Shown here: positions 25,633-36,409 of the stretch, piece by piece
Layout: each line of letters starts with the position of its first letter
How positions within the stretch are numbered: the first letter of the stretch is position 1
Origin: Camelus dromedarius
Lineage: Eukaryota
Direction of reading: 5' to 3'
Assembly (NCBI RefSeq): GCF_036321535.1
Contig: NC_087436.1
Coordinates: forward strand, 86,864,001 to 86,928,000
DNA: 64,000 bases
Made by a program: the position numbers and the translations under genes
Notes under the pieces: model-generated
Told to the model about the DNA's origin: nothing
What the model saw: only the letters and a program-made list of their open reading frames with translations
Databases searched by the model: none

Positions 25633-26339
25633 TACTTTATATTTATCTTTAAAATAATTCTTCAAGTAGGTCTTAGTTTCTAGATGTGCTGTTGTAGCAC
25701 TTGGATGTCAGTGTAGCTTGTCCAAGGTCACTTACTTGGCATTTGGCAAAACAGGGATTTGTAACCATGTCTGTCTGACTAAACATCTCTGTTTTTCTGC
25801 TTTTCCATGTGGCCACCTGTGGCACAAAGGTAGCAATATTAATTGGGTATCCCCAAAGAATGAGTTGCTCAGCATTTCAAAGCATTCCCTTAGAATATCA
25901 TGTGGGCTTTTTTAAATGATACAACTCTTTGATCATGATAATAAAAATCACATAAACAGACTGCCAATTTCTAGTTCCACAACTTAGAAGTTGCCACTCC
26001 AGCCTGACAAACAAAAAGCTAAACAGACTAAATAAAATCAGCAGATCTCCTTGTATCGCAAGAGAAGGAAGGGTGAACTGCTGCCCCTAAGATTGAAGAG
26101 ACACACAGACAAATGCAGGGAGTTGTAGCTTCTCAGAGCAGAGGCTCACAGTGGAAACTGCCACAAGGACCAGTGCCAAGGAGGGAGACCCAGACTGTAA
26201 CTGACAAGCTGCTGGAGACTCAGTGTGAAGAACTAACTCTGAGAGTTAAAAACTCCAGGGAAACCCAGTCGTAGGGCAGCCCCCACTGTGTTACAATATT
26301 TACCTCTAGGGACTTGACCATATTTGCACAATAAATGTA

Positions 26340-27050
26340 TCTCAGTGAAGTTTTAATTTGCATTTATCATATTGTGAGTGAAACTGAACATCTTTTAATA
26401 TGGTTAAGGATCATGTTTATATCTTTTTTGTGAATTGTCCATTCATGTCTTTGGGCCATTTTTCTGTAGGATTTTTGTTCACTTTTTCTTTAATTTTTAA
26501 AAGTTCTACAGTAATTAGGGATATTAATACCTAGTCTGTGATATATATTGTGAACATATATTCCAGCTTGTCATGTCTTTTGACTTTGCTTGTAGTGCTT
26601 TTTGTCATGCAAATTTAAAATTTTTATGTAGTTAGATTTGTCAAGTTTATCTGCCTTTGACTTGAGTCATAGTTCAAAAATCTTTTTCCACACTAAACCA
26701 GAAAGAAATTCATGTGTTTTCTTTCAGTATTTGTATAGTTTTATTTTTTACAATTAGATCTCTTATATTTTTGGAGTTTATTCTTATGTATGGTGTGAGG
26801 AATGTGTCCAATTTTATTTTTCCAAACAGCTATCCTGTTGCCCCAATACTCTTTATTATTAAAGACTCTCTTTGTCTAGTGATTTGAGATGCCACATTTA
26901 CATATTGTACATGTAGTTGGGTTTCTGGACTGCTTATTCTGTTACATTCATCTGTTTATTAATATGTGAGTACCACATTATTTTAATTTTAAAGGCTTTG
27001 TGGTATGTTTTACTATCTGACTAGGCATAGTCCCCCTCATAGCTATTCTT
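26340..27050 (-). mobile_element. Highly diverged L1 ORF2 fragment (L1ME-like), antisense, inside the L1MC-like element
   Basis: gttttaatttgcatttatc...gaacatctttt...tatggtgtgagg...gagtaccacattattttaatt; reverse L1 ORF2 3' region. Confidence 0.7.
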
Positions 27051-27052
27051 TC

Positions 27053-27283
27053 TTTTTTTTTTTTTAATGGAAGTATAGTCAGTTTAAAATGTTGTGTCAG
27101 TTTCTGGTGTACAGCATAATGCTTTAGCAATAATGCAATATACATATATTGATTTTCATATTCTTTTCCATTGTAGGTTACTACAAGAGAGTGAATATAG
27201 TTCCCTGTGCTATATATTTCTCCAGGGCATATATCTGGAGAAAACTCCAAATTGAAAAGATACATATACCCCAATGTTTATAG
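27053..27283 (-). mobile_element. Young camelid-type L1 3' end with an inverted 5' piece (27220-27283 on plus)
   Basis: Poly-T followed by aatggaagtatagtcagttt...ttccctgtgctata (reverse 3' UTR), then forward ORF2-end sequence ctccagggcatatatctggagaaaact...gatacatataccccaatgtttatag. Confidence 0.8.
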
Positions 27284-28411
27284 AACTGATTCAAAAATTT
27301 ACATGGAGAGACAGAAGACCCAGAATAGCCAACACAATATTGAAGGAGAAAAACAAAGTTGAAGGACTGATGCTACTTGACTTCAAGTCTTACTTTAAAT
27401 CTACACTAATCAAGATATAGGGTTGTATTGGTGAAAGAATAGACAAATAGATCAATGGAACAGAACATAGAGCTCAGAAACAGATACACATAAATATAGT
27501 TAATTGACCTTTGATAAAGGGTCAGTGGCAAAGACAGTCTTTTCAAAAAACGCTGCTGGAACAACTGAACATCCACATGCCAAAAAATGAATCTAGACCC
27601 AGAACATATACCTCCACAAAAATTAACACAAAATAGATCATAGGCCTAAATGTAAAGTGCAAAACAATAAAACTCCTAGAAGATAAAATAGGAGAAAACC
27701 TAGATGACCTTGGGTATGATGATGACTTCTTAGATACAATGTCAAAGACACAATCTATGGAGGAAATAATTGATAAGCTGGATTTTATTAAAATTAAAAA
27801 CTTCTGTTAGGTGAAAGACAATACCAAGAGAATTAAAAGGCAGGCCACAGACTGGGAGAAAATATTTGCCAAAGGCACATCTGATAAAGGGCTGTTATCC
27901 AAAATTTATAAGAACTCCTAAAATTCAATAATACAAAAACAAAAACCTAATTAAAAAATGGAGCAAAGACCCTGACACCTCACCAAAGAAGGTATTCAGA
28001 TGCTTACTTAATAAGCATATGAAAAGATACTCCACATCAGATGTCATCAGGGAAATGTAAATTAAAACAATGATGAGATAGCACTACACACCTATTAGAA
28101 TAGCCAAAATCTAGAACACTGACAACACCAAGGATGTGGAACAACAAAAATTCTCGTTCGTTGCTGGTAGGAATGCAAAATGGTACAGCTACTTTGAAAG
28201 ACTGTTTAGCACTTTCTAAACCTACTTTTGTCATGCCATTCAGCAATCAGGCTCCTAGGTATTTACCCAAAGGAGTTGAAAACTTTTGTCCATACAAAAG
28301 CCTGCACATGAGTGTGTATAGTAGCTTTCACTCAAAACTTGGAAATGACCAAGATGTCCTTCAGGTGAGTGGATAAATAATCTGTGCTAAATCATAGTAA
28401 TAATAATGATA

Positions 28412-28720
28412 CAAAAACAAACAAACAAACAAAAACAAAGCATAAATAAAGGACAGAAATAGACTCACAGACAGAGAATACAGACTTGTGGTTACCAGGG
28501 GGGTGGAGGGTGGGAAGGGATAGATTGGGATTTCAAAATTGTAGAATAGACTACAGTGTATAGCACAGGGAAATATACACAAAATGTTATGATAACTCAC
28601 AGAGAAAAAAATGTGACAATGAGTGTGTATATGTCCATGAATAACTGAAAAATTGTGCTGAACACTGGAATTTGACACAACATTGTAAAATGATTATAAA
28701 TCAATAAAAAATGTTAAAAA
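28412..28720 (+). mobile_element. Young camelid-type L1 3' UTR nested in the L1MC-like element
   Basis: gacagaaatagactcacagacagagaatacagacttgtggttaccagg...tatagcacaggg...aataaaaaatgttaaaaaa; TSD aataatgata at 28402-28411 and 28721-28730. Confidence 0.88.
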
Positions 28721-29464
28721 AATAATGATAATAAATAGTGCTAAAAATAATAGCTATCAAACCATGAAAAGACACAGGGAAAACTTACATGCATATTACT
28801 ATGTGAAAGAAGCTGGTCTGAAAATGTTACAAACTGTGTGATTCCAATTTTATGACATTGTGTGAAAGGCAAAACTATGGAGACAATAAAAAGATGAGTT
28901 GTTGATAGAGGTAAAGAGTGGGGGGAGAGATGAATAGTCAGGACAGGGAGGATTTTTAGGGCAGTGAAAATACTCTGGATGATATTATAGGGATGGGTAA
29001 AAGTCATTACATGTTTATCCAAACCCACAGAACGTACAACACCAAGAGTGAACCCTGAGGTAATCTGTATACTTTGTGCAATTATGATGTGTCAATGTAG
29101 GTTCACTCTTGGTTAAGAAAAAAAGTACCACTCTGGTTAGTGATGTTGATAATGGGGAAAACTATGCATGTGTCATGGCAGGGGATATATGGGAAATCTC
29201 TGTACCTTCCTCTTAATTTTGTTGTAAACCTAAAACAGCTCTAAAAAAAGTCTTTTATAAAAAAATTACATAAATATGCTTTATTTTTTATTGTTAAAAT
29301 AGGCTAATTAGATATGTCTCATTTGCCTTGGGGGTGAATTCATATACTAAAATCATAGTTAGGATCATGATTGCTATTTCCTGACTACTATCCCTCAACC
29401 ATGGCTGCAATCCAGAATGCTCAGCAGATTCCAGATCCCTGACTCTGCATTAATGATTGCCTTC

Positions 29465-29953
29465 TCTATTAATTTCCTGTTGCTGCTATAGCAAATTAGC
29501 ACACAGTGGCTTAAAACAACACAAATTTATTATCTTGCGGTTCTGGATGCCAGAAGTTGAAATGGGTCTTGCAGAGCTAAAATCAAGATGTGGGCAGAAC
29601 TGCATTGTTTCTGAGGGCTCCAGGAAAGAAGACATTTCCCTGCCTTTTCTAGTTTCTAGAGGCTGCCTGCATTCCTTGGATCATGGCCCCTTTCTCCATC
29701 TTCAGGGTGCATTACTGTATCCTCTACTTCTGTTGTCACATATATTTCTCTCTAACTTTGACCCTTTTGCCTTCTTATACAAACTCTTGTGATTACTTGG
29801 GGCTTAGATGAGTAATCCAGGTTGTGATTACTTTGGGCTTATATGAGTAATCCAGGATAATCTCCCCATCTCAAGATCCTTTTATTAAGTAAGGTAACAT
29901 AACCATAGGTTCTGGGGTTTAGGACCTGGACATCTTTGGGACTCATTATTCTG
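29465..29953 (-). mobile_element. MaLR solo LTR, MLT1C/D-like, with an internal 35-bp tandem duplication
   Basis: gtggcttaaaacaacacaaatttattatctt...tctagaggctgcctgcattccttgg; homologous to 39129-39632. Confidence 0.85.
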
Positions 29954-29969
29954 TGGTCTGGGTGTTCTG

Positions 29970-30115
29970 TGCACTTGGTTTTCTCTGCTGGGCAATTTAC
30001 TCCATCTTTAAACCCTAGTTTCCTTGTCAGTAAAATGAAGATAATAAGATATCACTTTTAAGGATTAAAATTAAATGTGAAGATATATACTATATTAAAC
30101 TCAATAAATATTGAA
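29970..30115 (+). mobile_element. MIR SINE fragment
   Basis: ctgggcaatttactccatctttaaaccctagtttccttgtcagtaaaatgaagataataag. Confidence 0.65.
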
Positions 30116-30164
30116 TACCTGGTGCTAGTTTTGAAGTTGGAAGTTTGGTGAAAGTAGTGGACTC

Positions 30165-30460
30165 TAGAGCAGAACTATCCAATAAAAATATAATGTGAGC
30201 TACCATGTAAGCTACTTATCTAATTTTAAATTTTTAATAGCTATATCAAAAGATAAAGGAAGGAGGTGAAATAATGTTAACAATGTATTTTATTTAACCA
30301 AATATATCCAAAATGTTATCATCTCGATAAGATATAATAAAAAATTACCAATGAGATATATTCATCCTTTTATAAATTTTTACACTAAGTCTTCAAAATA
30401 CGGCATATATTTTACATTTACAGTACAGCTCAATTTGGATTAGCGACACTTCAAGGGTCC
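30165..30460. mobile_element. hAT-Charlie MITE, MER33-like
   Basis: cagaactatccaataaaaatataatgtgagc...tatttaaccaaatatatccaaaatgttatcat...tacagtacagctcaatttggattagcgacacttcaag. Confidence 0.75.
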
Positions 30461-30749
30461 AGAAGAATCATTGTCATTTCCCTGGGTAACATGTACTTGG
30501 CAGAATTTGTCCAACACTGAGTTTTCTACTCAAAATGGTCACGGGCAGATCTGACTCCCGAAAGGTCAAAGTAAGGGAATTTATTCATTTATCCAACAAT
30601 TACTTATTGACAACCTTTGCAACTAAATGATTAAGAAAATTTCAGGTAGTACTAGAGGCTGTGAAGATAATATTATGGCTTAAAAAGTGATTAGGACCAA
30701 TAGTGGGATAGAAGGCATACTACTTTAGACAGCAGAAAAGAGCTCTGAG

Positions 30750-30873
30750 TTGGGTAGGATATATCTCAAGTGACAGAGCACATGCTTAGCATACATGAGG
30801 TCCTGGGTTCAATCCCCAGTATCTCCTCTTAAGAATAAATAAATTAAATAAATAAACCTAATGACCTCCCCGA

Positions 30874-30925
<52 letters not shown>

Positions 30926-30980
30926 AAAGAAAGAAAGAAAGAAAGGACACGCATAAAAAAAGAAAAAAGAAAAAATAAAT
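30750..30980 (+). mobile_element. Camelid tRNA-Ala-derived SINE (vic-1-like) with (GAAA)n expansion, inserted in a minus-strand L2 (about 30580-31290)
   Basis: gagcacatgcttagcatacatgaggtcctgggttcaatccccagtatctcc; perfect 14-bp TSD aaaagagctctgag at 30736-30749 and 30981-30994. Confidence 0.92.
30872..30944. repeat. (GAAA)n microsatellite in the SINE tail
   Basis: Seen directly; about 18 units with one interruption. Confidence 0.95.
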
Positions 30981-31524
30981 AAAAGAGCTCTGAGAAGTGG
31001 ACAGCTAAGCTGAAACCTGAATGATGAGACAGAACTTTCTCAGCAGTCAATGAATTTCCACCATGAGAAGACCTAGGAATGACCATTCCAAGTGGAGTGC
31101 AAAGGCTCCAATACAGGGACAGCCTGGAGTAACTGAGGAACTGACTGGTGACCAGTGTGGCCGGAGCAGACTACAGGAAGGGAGGGATGAGTGGGATGGG
31201 GAGAGGAGTGGTACTAGATAAAAGTGGGGAGGGAGGCAGGCCTGATCTTGGAGGGCTGTGCAGGTCAGAGCAAGGAGTGTAGATTTCACTGCACTCTAAA
31301 GCTCCCAGGCACTAAGACTCCATCAACCTCAAAATAAAAATTAGATCATTTTTTTCATCACACTGGTTAGTGTTTGTTTTTCATTGATTACATAAATACC
31401 TCAAGGACTTTCTATTCCAAAAATTTTACAAGTACACACTCATAGCTACAACACACACACACTCTCTCTCTCAAACAGTTGAGGAATATCAACCTTCTAT
31501 TGCTTAATTCATCTTTGTGGCCTC

Positions 31525-32632
31525 TCTAGTTATCTGTGCCTTGCTTTCCTAGGAAACAGAGTCTGAGGCAAAATGTATATAATGCTTTAAAAGGGGGAAG
31601 GATATGGAATCCCACAGCAGCAAGAGTGAGGGAAAAAGGAAAATAAGTCTGGGAAGGAAGTAAAACAGATACAAGAGGGCATGTTACTGTGCTGGCCTTT
31701 GCCTCCCAAAGAAACACAGTTGGTTGTCGCTGTGTGTAGCACTATTGCTGCTGCAAATTGTTTGTAGGGGAGAAGCTGCGTAAAGAATTTATGTCACTTC
31801 TTTCCAGTCTCCTTGCCTTTCATTGGTCTTAAAGTTTATTTCAAGAGTGTTAACTGCCCTTTCTTTCAAGCGATGTTTTCTGGGTCCTCTCGGTGGCTGT
31901 GAGGGAAGCCAGAGCCTCCATGGACTGGTTAGGTTGGAAGTAGGCACACTGCTGTGTGACCTCCACTGTGGTGGGGTTGAGACAGCCGTGTCAGGTTGTC
32001 CTCCGGGAAGTCTGAGTATTGCCAGAGAGTAGGTTTTATTCTCATGCAGGAAAGAATTCAAGAGTGATCCATAATTAAGTGAAAGTAGATTTATTCAGGG
32101 AGATACACACTCCATAGACAGAGTATGGGCCATCTCAGAAGGCAAGAGAGGCAGCTCTGAATTGTGGAGGTGGTTAGTTTTTATGTGCTGGGTAATTTTA
32201 TATGCTAATGAGTAGGAGGGTTATTCTGTTTTGGAGAAGGGGGTGGAGATTTCCAGGCATTGGACCCTGCCAATGTTTTGGCCTTTTATGGTCAGCCTGG
32301 GACTGTCTTGGTACCTGTGGGTGTGTCATTTGGCATGCTGATATATTACAGTGAGCCTGTAATGAGGCTCAAGTTCTACTGAAAGTCAAATATTCTGCCA
32401 TCTTGGGCCTAGCTGGTTCTAACCAGTTCATGTCGTATCCTCAATGGCTATGTCATTCTTTTAAGGATTGTGCTCTATCTCCTTTCCCTCCTGTCTCACG
32501 AGAGAGTTGGCAGTGCAGAGATGAGGCAGTGCAGCGATGGCCCAGGCACTCCACTCAACAAGTGGCCAAGTCCAGGGGGTGGAAGGCAATGGACAGCTGA
32601 ATCTTTGGTAGCACATAATACATCTGGTATAC
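31525..32632 (-). mobile_element. ERVL-class LTR (LTR16-like), interrupted by an ERV1 LTR
   Basis: cctaggaaacagagtctgaggcaaa...cagcagcaagagtgaggga...ggaaggaagtaaaacagatacaagagggcatgttactg; the sequence resumes after 32502. Confidence 0.6.
32017..32498 (-). mobile_element. ERV1-class solo LTR
   Basis: Ends tcctgtctCA; minus-strand AATAAA (tttatt at about 32035 and 32090); caggaaagaattcaagag motif; 4-bp TSD tgag (32013-32016) / cgag (32499-32502), differing by a CpG-type change. Confidence 0.7.
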
Positions 32633-34827
32633 TAGGCCTCTTTCTGAACAGAAGCATGGTTTTGGTGCAGGAGGTAATAAAATAGTAATAAATGTGGTAA
32701 TAAAGCAAGTACAGACTGCTTTAGAGTTTATAAAATGCTCATCTCATTTATATTCCATAGAAGTCTGACTATGAACTAAAAGTCTGAGGTAAGGCATATG
32801 ATATTATCCTCCTTTTTACCGAGACTTTGAAGCTTAGAGATGTTAAATGCCTTTTAAGTGGTAGAGTGGGACCTAACTCATACCCTTTCATACTGTCTCT
32901 GTAAGGAAATGAGATGTTTACCTTCTGAATCTATACTAGTGCATTTGCAAAAGAGGAGGGAAAAATATTAAGTATCCTTGAGTTGATTTCTGTAAAATGT
33001 GATTTGAGAAACTCTAGAAAAGCCTTCTATGACAAATTACTGCCAAGCTACCACTGAACCAGAAACTTAATAAAGAGTCATCTCACTTCCTCTTAGATTC
33101 TGTCTCTTCCTCTCGTAAAAGGCAGAATTCTCTTGGAAGGGTTCAGCCATCCAGTCACTCATTTCTCAGAGAAGGAATGGTTCAGTTACTGGTGTTGGGA
33201 AGAAGCCAGTGAGTTCTGAGTGCTTGGTGGGGACAAGGGAGGGGCAAAGTCAGAGAAAGGACTGTGGAGAGCACTCAGGTCAAGTTGGCTGCCTTCATGA
33301 TTATGCCTCTGGGTCCCCAGTCCAGCACCGAGGCGTCTTCTGGAGTTTGTCCAAGCTCCCTCTTTCTGCAGCAGCGAGTGTTCCAGGATTGCTTCTGAAT
33401 ACGATGGCCCAGCCTGCTGAGATTCTGGCAAGGATGCTTCTGGGGCCTGTCCCAGCTCCACCGAGCTCACTGGTTTCTGCAGGCAGGTCCCAGATGTGAG
33501 GAATGGTGCTTTGTTACTGAATAGAATTTCCGTGTTGCTGGTCACTTTCATTAGAGAGCTCAAGGCCTTGGACAGTGTGGCACCCTTTCCCTCTTACTCC
33601 TTACTTCTTACCCTTACTTCTTACAAGTGATACAAAAGGTTTTGAAATAGTACTTAAGATGACTGTCCTGGTTTTCACAGACAACCTTTAAGCCAGCCTC
33701 TTTTCCAGGTGCCTCCACCACATTTTTCTCCTTCCTCCCCATTCAGTAGTCTTTGCTTTGTTCTGTGGATCCTGGAATTCAAATTCTGTCACATGCTTGG
33801 AAGTGCAGTATCACATTCACCATTAAGATAGTTAAAATTTATATTTTCATTTTCTTATATATCCCCTGATTTGTCAAAATGTAACTCCTTTGCTGGAGTC
33901 AGCAAAATGACATCATTTCAGTTGCCTGCTAAGAGTTGAGAAATTGTTGCTTAGCCAGATTAAAAAGCAAGCAAGCAAACCAGAAACAAAAGATTGGTTT
34001 TTAGATAATGTATACATTCTATGAGACATTCTGTTACTAAGAGCAGAATTTACCAAGAGCTCAAGCAAACAGTGGACACGTTGAGTTGGCGCTGATTGGA
34101 GGAGTGTGAATATTTTTATACAGCCTTCAGAAAGCCCAGCGTTGACCTGTTTTTATTATTTTTATTGGATCCCTTGATGACAGACAAAGTGGCCTAACCT
34201 GGGGCCAACAGAACCAGCAGGAAATTTAGGTCATGGATAGTTGAGTTTTAAAAACTCTGGGTTTTAGATGCTGCTCAATCATTGTAATTGATTGATGATA
34301 ACATGGCAGAGAGAGCTCTTAAATCATTAAAGGTGGCCAGATAAAGACAAATGGCTGGAGATTTTGTTGGATGCACAGTCGCCAACTCCCTGTGGTGTTC
34401 TGTTCTGCTCTCTGAAGAAGTAGCTTGTCCCTCATTTCATGCAACTTACAGCCCAGCTGGCCTGTTTACAGAAAATGGCCTCTTAAACTTGGCAGTTCTG
34501 TTTGAAGCACAGCATAACATCATTTCCCAAGAGACAGGGAAAAAACATTACCAAAAAAATTTCTAACCTCCTGAAAACATATGTGTGTTTTAAAATGAAC
34601 AGCCTTTAAAAATTTTTCTTTCCATCTTTCTCTGAAATTAAGTCCTTAGTCTTTACCTGTAGCCAAAGATAAGTGTAGTCAAATTAGATAATTTGATAAC
34701 TCCTGTAAGCTTCTTAAATGTTCCTGCTCTTGCTTTGGGTAAATGCTAATCTGTAATAAGAACTCTAAGTAGATAGCTCTGTTCTTCCCAGGACACAGGA
34801 AATGTGGCCTGGTATAATGGCATTTTA

Positions 34828-35200
34828 AAAAGTTTTTATTGAAGTAAAATATAATACTCTAGAAAAGTACAGCTCAATGAATTACTAACAGAAGACATCT
34901 GTGTAATCAGCACCCAGATCAAGAAACAGAGTATTACCAGCAACCCTGAAAGCCCTGCTTTTTCTGCCTCCCTGTCACTCCCTCCTTTCAAGGGGTAGGA
35001 ACTTGAAAAATAAAGATAGTTTTCCCTGGGTTTTGTATTTTACATAAATGGAATTGTAAAATACATTCTTTTATATGGATTCTTTCATTCAACATTGTAT
35101 TTGTGAGATTCATCTGTAATGTTGTTGTATGAAATTATAGGTCATTCTCATTGCTGTGTACTATTCCATCATGTGATTCTACCATAGTTTTTCTCTAATG
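34828..35200 (-). mobile_element. Old L1 3' end fragment
   Basis: tttttattgaagtaaaatata...tgtaatcagcacccagatcaagaaacagagtattaccagc...ttcattcaacattgtatttgtgagattcatc. Confidence 0.75.
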
Positions 35201-35399
35201 GGCATTTTCAGTGGGAGAGAAAGTTTGTTTTCACTTCCACTGAGGACTTACCATTTCCCAGTGCCAGGGAATCGTTTGCTCCACAGACACAGATGTAGTT
35301 CTCACCATCATGGATGTTTCTGTCTTAGAAGGGAGCTCCACATGAGTAAACACTTAAATTCAGGGTTATAAGGAAATAGAGGCTTCTCAGGTGTCACAA

Positions 35400-36010
35400 A
35401 GTAGGCACGCTTAACACACAGGGAAAATCGAGGGAGATAATGCTTTAGCTGACTCATGAAACCAGGTGGAAAAGAGGGAAAATCCATTCTAGACAGGGGT
35501 GTAAGCGTGCAAAAGCACAGAGGCAAACGCAAATAGTTCAGCAAAGCTGAAATGTAGCCGGTAAGAAAAGGGCTTGTGGTGGATGAGGATAAATGGATAA
35601 TTAAGACCATGAAGGTAAAAGATAGGCATGTGTCATGTAAAAGCTTTATCTTGAAGACAGTGGAAACCATGAAATAACTTTAAGGACATCAGATTTTTGG
35701 TTTAGAATGAGATAAATTGTGACTAGAGATAATAGTAATTGCAACTTAGGCAGTAGAGGAAGGAAAAGAGAAGAGGAGATGGATATATAACAGGACTTGG
35801 TGGCTGATCTAATGCGACAGGGACAGGGATAAGCTGCAGCAGAGTCCAAGTTATCTGTCTTGTTCAGCTGGAAGTTTAGATAAGTTGAATTAAATTTGCA
35901 GATGAGATGTACAAGTGGAGGAGTCCGACAGGCAGTTGACTGTATGGGTAGGGAGCAAAGGAGAGAAACTTGGCTGGAGATATAGATTTGTGAGTTATGT
36001 TAGTATTTAC
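35400..36010 (-). mobile_element. L2 fragment
   Basis: Purine-rich, with reverse L2 motifs (tttagataagttgaatt...caagtggaggagtccgacaggcagttg...gctggagatatagatttgtgagt). Confidence 0.6.
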
Positions 36011-36107
36011 ATTAAGATGAGATACCAATCCACAATACAGTGATTCATACTGGATAGTTTATTTCCCATACACACAGCAGTCTAGAAATTGTTGAGTGAT
36101 CCAGTCC

Positions 36108-36276
36108 AGATGCCACTCAAAACGTGGGCCACTGGCCAGCAGCACCGGTATCACATGACAACTTATTAGAAATGCAGAATCTTCACGCCCTATTCCAAAC
36201 CTGGTGAATTAGCATCTGCACTTAACAAGAGCCCCAGGTAATCCACATGCACATTAAATTTTGAGAAACTCTGATT
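36108..36276. mobile_element. hAT-Charlie MITE, MER5A-like
   Basis: ccagcagcaccggtatcac...cttattagaaatgcagaatct...aacaagagccccaggtaatccacatgcacattaaattttgagaaactctg. Confidence 0.85.
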
Positions 36277-36409
36277 TAAGGAGCCCATGCTGCTTTGCCT
36301 TCCTCTCAAGGAATGTAGTGGAAGTTATCTTACCAGCACTTTATTTTAACCATGCTAAGGGGAAGAGAAAGTAGAAAATAATGAGCTTTCTCTTTAGGAT
36401 GTGACATCC

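Larger units (their letters stand above)
25957..29260 (+). mobile_element. Old L1 (L1MC-like): 5' UTR piece at about 25957-26335, ORF2 3' part and 3' UTR at 27284-29260; interior replaced by other L1 material
   Basis: ORF2 motifs cccagaatagccaacacaatattgaagg and atagatcaatggaacagaa; L1MC-type 3' UTR (ccaagagtgaaccctgaggtaa...gatgttgataatggggaa). 14-bp TSD AAAAAT(C/T)ACATAAA at 25943-25956 and 29261-29274. Confidence 0.75.

Noticed and set aside
31978..32498. LTR or TIR element defined by the inverted termini TGAGACAG...CTGTCTCA
   Set aside because: There is no TSD at these ends. A better boundary at 32017, with a tgag/cgag TSD, restores host continuity, so the 8-bp inverted match is probably coincidental.
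33186..33563. Overlapping 125-aa and 96-aa ORFs in a locally GC-richer patch
   Set aside because: No recognisable protein similarity, no convincing splice-site pair and no poly(A)/TSD to suggest a processed pseudogene; raised GC content explains the ORF lengths.
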